A stretch of 59,202 nt of DNA, the filler included, from Basidiobolus ranarum (taxonomy: Eukaryota), in NCBI GenBank assembly GCA_040143965.1. It is 2 parts of 2 records of this genome, joined end to end, with 100 filler letters (N's around TTAATTAATTAA, not from the genome) between each part and the next. Parts side by side here need not be neighbours in the genome. Positions count along the whole stretch, not along the records: positions 29,708 to 59,202 come from JASJQH010006980.1; 1 more part is not named here. One strand, given 5' to 3'. The number at the start of each line of letters is the position of its first letter. Position 1 is the first letter of the stretch. A model generated the notes under the pieces. It ran no database searches. It saw only the letters and a program-made list of their open reading frames with translations, and was not told the origin of the DNA. This document shows positions 54,509 through 59,202 of this stretch, in pieces. The position numbers and the translations under genes are program-made.

Positions 54509-54599
54509 GGTTCAGACATCCAAGGAAGATAATACCAGCATCGGATCTTTCGATCCTTCGGTGAAAACTGCGAATTGGTATTGGTTTTTCATCATTAAA
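54509..54599 (-). ncRNA. U14: U14 (snR128) box C/D snoRNA, copy 1
   Basis: Same C, A, B and D elements; GGAUC-GAAA-GAUCC hairpin. Confidence 0.93.
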
Positions 54600-54921
54600 T
54601 GAAGCTACTACTGCTCTTGCTTCACTGCCAAGTACTGCTTTCAATATGCCAATGTTGAAATTGACCTGACTCTCACCTTATAATAGTCGGATAGTTACAG
54701 TTAACTGCTGTATTCGTAGAAGCAGAGTGGCATAGGTACAAAGTTCTGAGATGCGGCAAAATAATGAATGCGTATAGCACAGAGGTAATCAGAGTGGATA
54801 TTATATACAGTAGTCATATCTAGATATCAAAGAATGTTCGTTAGCAACCGGTTCATTCACTCTACTGTCACTCTGCAACTGAAATCGTCTGTTTCTGAGC
54901 GTGATTGAGCTTTATTGCAAT

Positions 54922-55034
54922 ACGGTCAGTAAAGTATACTGGCAAGTATGAAACGCCCTCAGCGAAGGGCATTTGTATTGTATCTTCATGATCGATAAGA
55001 CAGGTTGAAGACAAAAATGGTTTTCGTCATTCCG
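54922..55034 (-). ncRNA. SNR190: Box C/D snoRNA, snR190-like, copy 3 in transcription order
   Basis: Box C AUGACGA, D'/C' UCGA-uc-AUGAAGA, internal GCCCU/AGGGC hairpin, CUUGCCAGUAU antisense element, box D CUGA, terminal stem; adjacent to U14. Confidence 0.75.
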
Positions 55035-55219
55035 ATTGCACTATCACCACAATACATCAAACTCAGAAACCAGCAACCCATTTATAAAACTCACCTGATG
55101 TTTACACGGAGCTCGGATGTCGGAGTTTCAACAATGATTGTTCACTTTGTCTAAAAGTAAACTAATGGATTATTAGTAATTGTGTGGATGGGAAAGGACT
55201 AGCTTCTTGCGAAGTTATA

Positions 55220-55337
55220 ATGCGGTCAGTAAAGTATACTGGCAAGTATGAAACACCCTCAGCGAAGGGCATTTGTGTTGTATCTTCATGATCGATAAGA
55301 CTGGTTGAAGACAATGATGGTTTTCGTCATACCGCAT
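55220..55337 (-). ncRNA. SNR190: Box C/D snoRNA, snR190-like, copy 2
   Basis: Same elements; 6-bp terminal stem AUGCGG/CCGCAU. Confidence 0.75.
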
Positions 55338-55518
55338 ATACATTCTTGAGAATATTCAATTGAAACTTACTTACTCAAACGGAGCATGCACCCTGGGAAT
55401 GGCGGAGGGGTGACTTAGTTCTCAGATTCATTGTTAGTGTTCATGTCTGGAATAAAACTAATAACTTATTAATAAACATGTCAATGAGAATGGGAAAAAC
55501 TTCTTGCGAAGTTAAGTA

Positions 55519-55633
55519 TGTGGTCAGTTGTATATACTGGCAAGTATGAAACGCCCTCAGCGAAGGGCATTTGTGTTGTATCTTCACGGTCGATAAGACG
55601 GTTTGAAGACAATGATTGTATCGTCATACCACA
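55519..55633 (-). ncRNA. SNR190: Box C/D snoRNA, snR190-like, copy 1
   Basis: Same elements; D'/C' UCGA-cc-GUGAAGA; terminal stem UGUGG/CCACA. Confidence 0.75.
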
Positions 55634-55720
55634 CATAGAAATTCGCAGAAATAAGATCAGGTACTTACCAACTTCTAGATGTTGTGATGAATGTTATGAT
55701 GAATGTTCAATTCTGTGGCT

Positions 55721-55810
55721 CTATTTTATAGAAAACATTGACTAGGTTTATTTTTTTTCATTGCAAGGGTTTAGCTAGGAATAGGGCTAGTAATAGAGGG
55801 TATGGGTATA
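55721..55810 (-). promoter_or_regulatory. Putative promoter of the snoRNA host gene
   Basis: Minus-strand TATAAAAT at 55723-55730, preceded by AAACCTAG (~55742-55749), AAACCCTT (~55765-55772) and AGCCCTAT (~55781-55788). Confidence 0.5.
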
Positions 55811-55878
55811 TGTATTATTTATGAGTCGAGTATCTATATTATTAGATACCATATATAGGCATGAAAAAGAAATCAACT

Positions 55879-56826
55879 TCAAGGCTGTCCAATAAATGAT
55901 TTAGGGAAATAAGGTTTAAAGTAATCTTCATATTTCCTGTTAACGCACATTCCTCCACCAGTAGGTCCGATATGAGGACAATGGAAGGCTGGCCTGTAAG
56001 GGATCATGTTGACATGGATTACTCTGCACAATACATTGTCTGCTCCCATCTCGTCAGGAAGGCCTAGAGGGACCTGTCGCTGTAAGAAGTCCAGACAATC
56101 CTGAGTAGTTTTATATTGTTGATTTTCGTTCAAACAATATTTACTATGCGATTGACAAATTCCTAATGCTAGGAATTTCTGTACGAGACCTGGGAGTGTA
56201 GCAGGGGTAACTTCTGATAGTGGAACTTTCAGAAAATTAGCAATCAATGGTGCTATCTGGGGTAAGAAGCTTCGAAAAGCTAAAGACCAGCGTCGAAATA
56301 CGGCATCATATTGTTCTATTTCTCCCTTATGATTGAACCGTAACCACACATCGACTTGAACAGGTAAATGTATTCCAGTAGCTTCATGTACAAAGTCGAT
56401 TATCACGCTTGTAGATACAACATCTCCAGTTGTGGCGAACTCAAATATACTGTAACTTTTAGGGACACCCAAGATAGTTGGCACATCGGAAGAGGTAGCA
56501 AGATTAGAAAACAACCCGAATAGGTACTCTATGTTCTCCTCGAGGTCATTGAAAGTCCATGTAATATCCACTCTTCCTCGAACATCTGAGGCTAAAATTC
56601 CTGGTGCCTTGCCACTCCTTGCTATAGCGGTATTGTTAGGGTACATGAAATTTTCAAATAATCTGTTTACATAACCCAACTTCCTCTTGTAGTTTTGGTG
56701 CTGATTGATGTCAATGTTGGCCAAAATCCCACGATCCAAGCCAGACTGAGCGTTAGATTGGCCAACCAATTGATTGGAACCAATTGTAAGTAAAGTTAAA
56801 AGGAGTGCAGCTTTTTTGGTAAACAT
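55879..56826 (-). CDS. Conserved secreted fungal-type hypothetical protein with Cys/His-rich C-terminus
   Basis: Intronless 315-aa ORF with signal peptide, EYLFGLF, and CRVIH...RPAFHCPHIGPTGGGMC. Confidence 0.85.
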   Translation of the reverse strand: MFTKKAALLLTLLTIGSNQLVGQSNAQSGLDRGILANIDINQHQNYKRKLGYVNRLFENFMYPNNTAIARSGKAPGILASDVRGRVDITWTFNDLEENIEYLFGLFSNLATSSDVPTILGVPKSYSIFEFATTGDVVSTSVIIDFVHEATGIHLPVQVDVWLRFNHKGEIEQYDAVFRRWSLAFRSFLPQIAPLIANFLKVPLSEVTPATLPGLVQKFLALGICQSHSKYCLNENQQYKTTQDCLDFLQRQVPLGLPDEMGADNVLCRVIHVNMIPYRPAFHCPHIGPTGGGMCVNRKYEDYFKPYFPKSFIGQP

Positions 56827-57652
56827 GTTTGGATGCTACATCCAGCAATCATTCATCGCCTTTTATAGTGCTTTCAAATCCACCTGGCCAGGTAAACAAC
56901 AGGCAAGCAACTGGTAAATAAATCTCCTACATCATATGTAAGAGTGGAAGGATCATTTATTGTTTACTAGGTCAATATGCACTTTGCCGAAACAATAAGC
57001 AATAGCTTCCCAAACTGTATCTGTGCCTAGAAGCACGCATTAGACTTGTGATTGTTGAGCCTAAAATCAAATGGCTTGCTCCTTTTTTCTTAAATACTTT
57101 GATCACAATTTATTGACACAGTAAGTAGCTAAATGCGCGCATCTACTGAGCCCCTTGGGTCTAATACGACCTGAGTCATTTTAGCCAGCTTTTGATGCAT
57201 TTTTTCCTCTACTACCTAATAGTACATTTGTATTGTTTTTGTCCTCTATGACGCGAAAATCTCTCACCTTTAAATACTGCTTAGTTCTAGATGCAGTTAT
57301 CTGCTTGACGCATTGATATTCTTATCACTGAATAGGTGTAATACAATATTCCCCAGAGGCAATAGTCAGTCTGCTCATGTATTCTGCTAACAAGGAAAGG
57401 GTAAGATGATGTTCAAAACTGACTAAGATAAATATCAGATACACATTGTAACTCATATGAATAATTACCGTGACTTATTCTGATACCAGTTGATATATAG
57501 ATCATTGGTACTGATTATACTGCTCTGGTAACATAACTGAGGAATTGACTATACTAGTAATATTCTATAAAACTATTGAACATGTGACAATCAGATGCTA
57601 AGAGCAGTTAGACCACACATGATAAACTCTCATAAAAAATTATAGGGGATAC

Positions 57653-57982
57653 TATTGAAATTAACATAGCCTAAACATCTATATATTTAAATATAGCTTT
57701 CTGGTAGATGTTGAAGTTAGCATTGCCTAAACACCTATATAGTCATATATAGCTTAATACTTAGTTATCCTATATTGAACTAAGATATTATCCATCATTC
57801 CCATAAGGAATTTACTTAGAATATTGACAACAACGTAGAAGTTCTTGTTGAAATTAGCATTGCCTAAACACCTATATAGTTATATATAACTTAGTACTTA
57901 GTTATCTTATAATTCACTAAGATATTATCAATTATTCTCAATCGGAATTTACTTAGAATATTGACACCAACTTAGAAGTTCT
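57653..57982. repeat. Stacked diverged copies of an LTR 5' end
   Basis: TGTTGAA(G/A)TTAGCATTGCCTAAACACC...AGAAGTTCT at 57709-57845 and 57846-57982 (137-bp period), plus a shorter, more diverged copy at 57653-~57699. Confidence 0.85.
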
Positions 57983-59202
57983 CAGATATAGAGATTTTTC
58001 AAACTTATGCTAGAAGCCCCAAACTTTGCACACATGTTCCTGGGACCTTTCCTAACACATTTTACATGTTATTTTGTTTACATCTTGACAAAACTACAAA
58101 TGTCAACTGAATACTCAATAAATCAATAAGTGAAAACCACCAATTCCTCTAATTCTCCAAACCACTTCCAACAGGCTCCCAAATACTTTAACAGGTTATG
58201 AGCCCCGAGCTTGCACTCTCTGTAATGTCTACTTCTCAAATTTCTGGAACTTTTCCCTCTTCTGAAAAATTGGATGGAACCAATTATCAAGTTTGGAAAA
58301 TTAAAATGAAAATGCTGCTGCAAGAAAAAGGACTTTGGGACACTGTTGTAGGAGAAGAAAACAATGCAAAACTATCTGAAACCAAAGTTTTACTCCAGGT
58401 TAAAAAAGAACAAAGTGCCTTCAACACAATTTGTCTTAATGTTAAAGACAAATTACTAATTCAATGTTCAAGAGCTAAAACTGCCAAGAAGGTATGGAAA
58501 GCCTTGGAAGACACCTACCAAACAAGTTCTGCTGCCAACAAGATGTTTCTAAGAAGACAATTCTTTAACTTAAAGATGAAGCCAGGAGAAGACATTAAAT
58601 CACTAATTAATAGAGTCACTATTTTAGTGGATGAAATGGAATGCATTGGAGTACCTACCACTGATCAAGATATCATAGTTACAGTCCTGAATAGCCTGCC
58701 ACACAAGTTTCAGAGCCTAGTAATGGCTCTAGAATCAAGAACTGAAAATTTGTCTTTAAATTATGTATTTGGCAGACTTCTGGATGAAGATTTACGCAAA
58801 TCAGGACTCAACCAAAAGAGTGAAGAAAATGCTTTAATAGGCTATGGGAAACCTTCCTATAAAGGTCAAAAGCACTTTAAGAAGAAAAGTAACACATTCT
58901 GTGATTACTGTAAAAGAACTGGCCATTTAAGCAAAGATTGCTTTAAAAGAATTGCAAAAGAAGAAAAACATACTGAATCTGGAAATGTGGTTACAACAGA
59001 AGATCACTTGTTCATATCTGCTCTATCTATGACTACCAACAAGGATTCTCAGACGTGGTATATTGATTCTGGAGCTTCCCAACATTTCACAAATGAAAAA
59101 CATTGGTTTGTGGAATATGAAGAAATCCCAATTAGAAAGGTTTTCATGGGAGATGACCGCACATTGGATGCTATTGGAATGGGAACAATTCAAGTCAATT
59201 TA
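57846..59202 (+). mobile_element. Ty1/copia LTR retrotransposon, 5' part (LTR ~57846-58193, PBS 58194-58205, gag-protease)
   Basis: TGTTGAA...TTTAACA termini, GGTTATGAGCCC immediately after the LTR, open polyprotein frame. The LTR may instead start at 57709. Confidence 0.92.
58198..59202 (+). CDS. Copia gag-pol polyprotein, partial (runs off window)
   Basis: No stop to the window end. KLDGTNYQVWKIKMKMLLQEKGLW, KTAKKVWKAL, zinc knuckle CDYCKRTGHLSKDC, protease WYIDSGASQHFT. Alternative ATG at 58225. Confidence 0.93.
   Translation, partial: MSPELALSVMSTSQISGTFPSSEKLDGTNYQVWKIKMKMLLQEKGLWDTVVGEENNAKLSETKVLLQVKKEQSAFNTICLNVKDKLLIQCSRAKTAKKVWKALEDTYQTSSAANKMFLRRQFFNLKMKPGEDIKSLINRVTILVDEMECIGVPTTDQDIIVTVLNSLPHKFQSLVMALESRTENLSLNYVFGRLLDEDLRKSGLNQKSEENALIGYGKPSYKGQKHFKKKSNTFCDYCKRTGHLSKDCFKRIAKEEKHTESGNVVTTEDHLFISALSMTTNKDSQTWYIDSGASQHFTNEKHWFVEYEEIPIRKVFMGDDRTLDAIGMGTIQVNL

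Larger units (their letters stand above)
53808..55700 (-). ncRNA. Putative spliced non-coding snoRNA host gene (six introns, one snoRNA each); ends approximate
   Basis: Minus-strand donors at ~55668 (GTAAGT), ~55374 (GTAAGT), ~55094 (GTGAGT), ~54676 (GTGAGA), ~54333 (GTAAGG) and ~54065 or ~53988. Branch points CTAAC/CTAAT at ~55435, 55175, 54843, 54422, 54111 and 53824, each followed by an AG. Short exons with no recognisable protein. Confidence 0.7.

Noticed and set aside
54964-54975. GAAGGGCATTTG resembling a yeast 25S rRNA segment as an extra antisense element
   Set aside because: It is largely sequestered in the internal hairpin and that rRNA segment is variable; cannot be supported without this organism's 28S sequence.
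53880-55633. Regularly spaced repeats as a CRISPR-like array or hammerhead ribozymes
   Set aside because: Units are 90-115 nt with ~200-nt spacers, there are no cas genes and no complete hammerhead core; C/D boxes and rRNA complementarity explain them as snoRNAs.
55678-55706. Plus-strand GTGATGA/ATGATGA as box C of another snoRNA
   Set aside because: Part of a short tandem duplication, with no matching D box or stem, and antisense to the host gene.
53644-55745. ORFs 53644-53883, 53835-54089, 54453-54644 and 55518-55745
   Set aside because: Short, motif-free and overlapping snoRNA copies; frames are not conserved between the repeat copies.

Overview
Gene-dense, AT-rich eukaryotic DNA with short GT-AG introns and CTAAC/CTAAT branch points. 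The gene content (IP3-receptor-like channel, NoxB-type oxidase, sphingomyelin-synthase family, otherwise fungal-type genes) suggests an early-diverging, non-Dikarya fungus; this is inference. About 28 protein genes are supportable, including an ITPR-like channel, separase, RPC25, ASCC1, PIG-H, IST1, PRMT3, two aquaglyceroporins and a SulP transporter. An artificial N44-TTAATTAATTAA-N44 linker at 29608-29707 splits the window into two joined contigs, and a Ty1/copia retrotransposon runs off the right end. The main signal missed by the ORF track is at 53.8-55.8 kb on the minus strand: an apparent non-coding host gene whose six introns each carry one box C/D snoRNA, three snR190-like followed by three U14, behind a TATA box and aRCCCT motifs. 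Other notable points are an IP3R-like channel lacking most canonical IP3-binding residues, a thioredoxin-SHP-UBX fusion, a STAS-less SulP and stacked LTR ends. Family assignments come from recalled motifs, not database searches.
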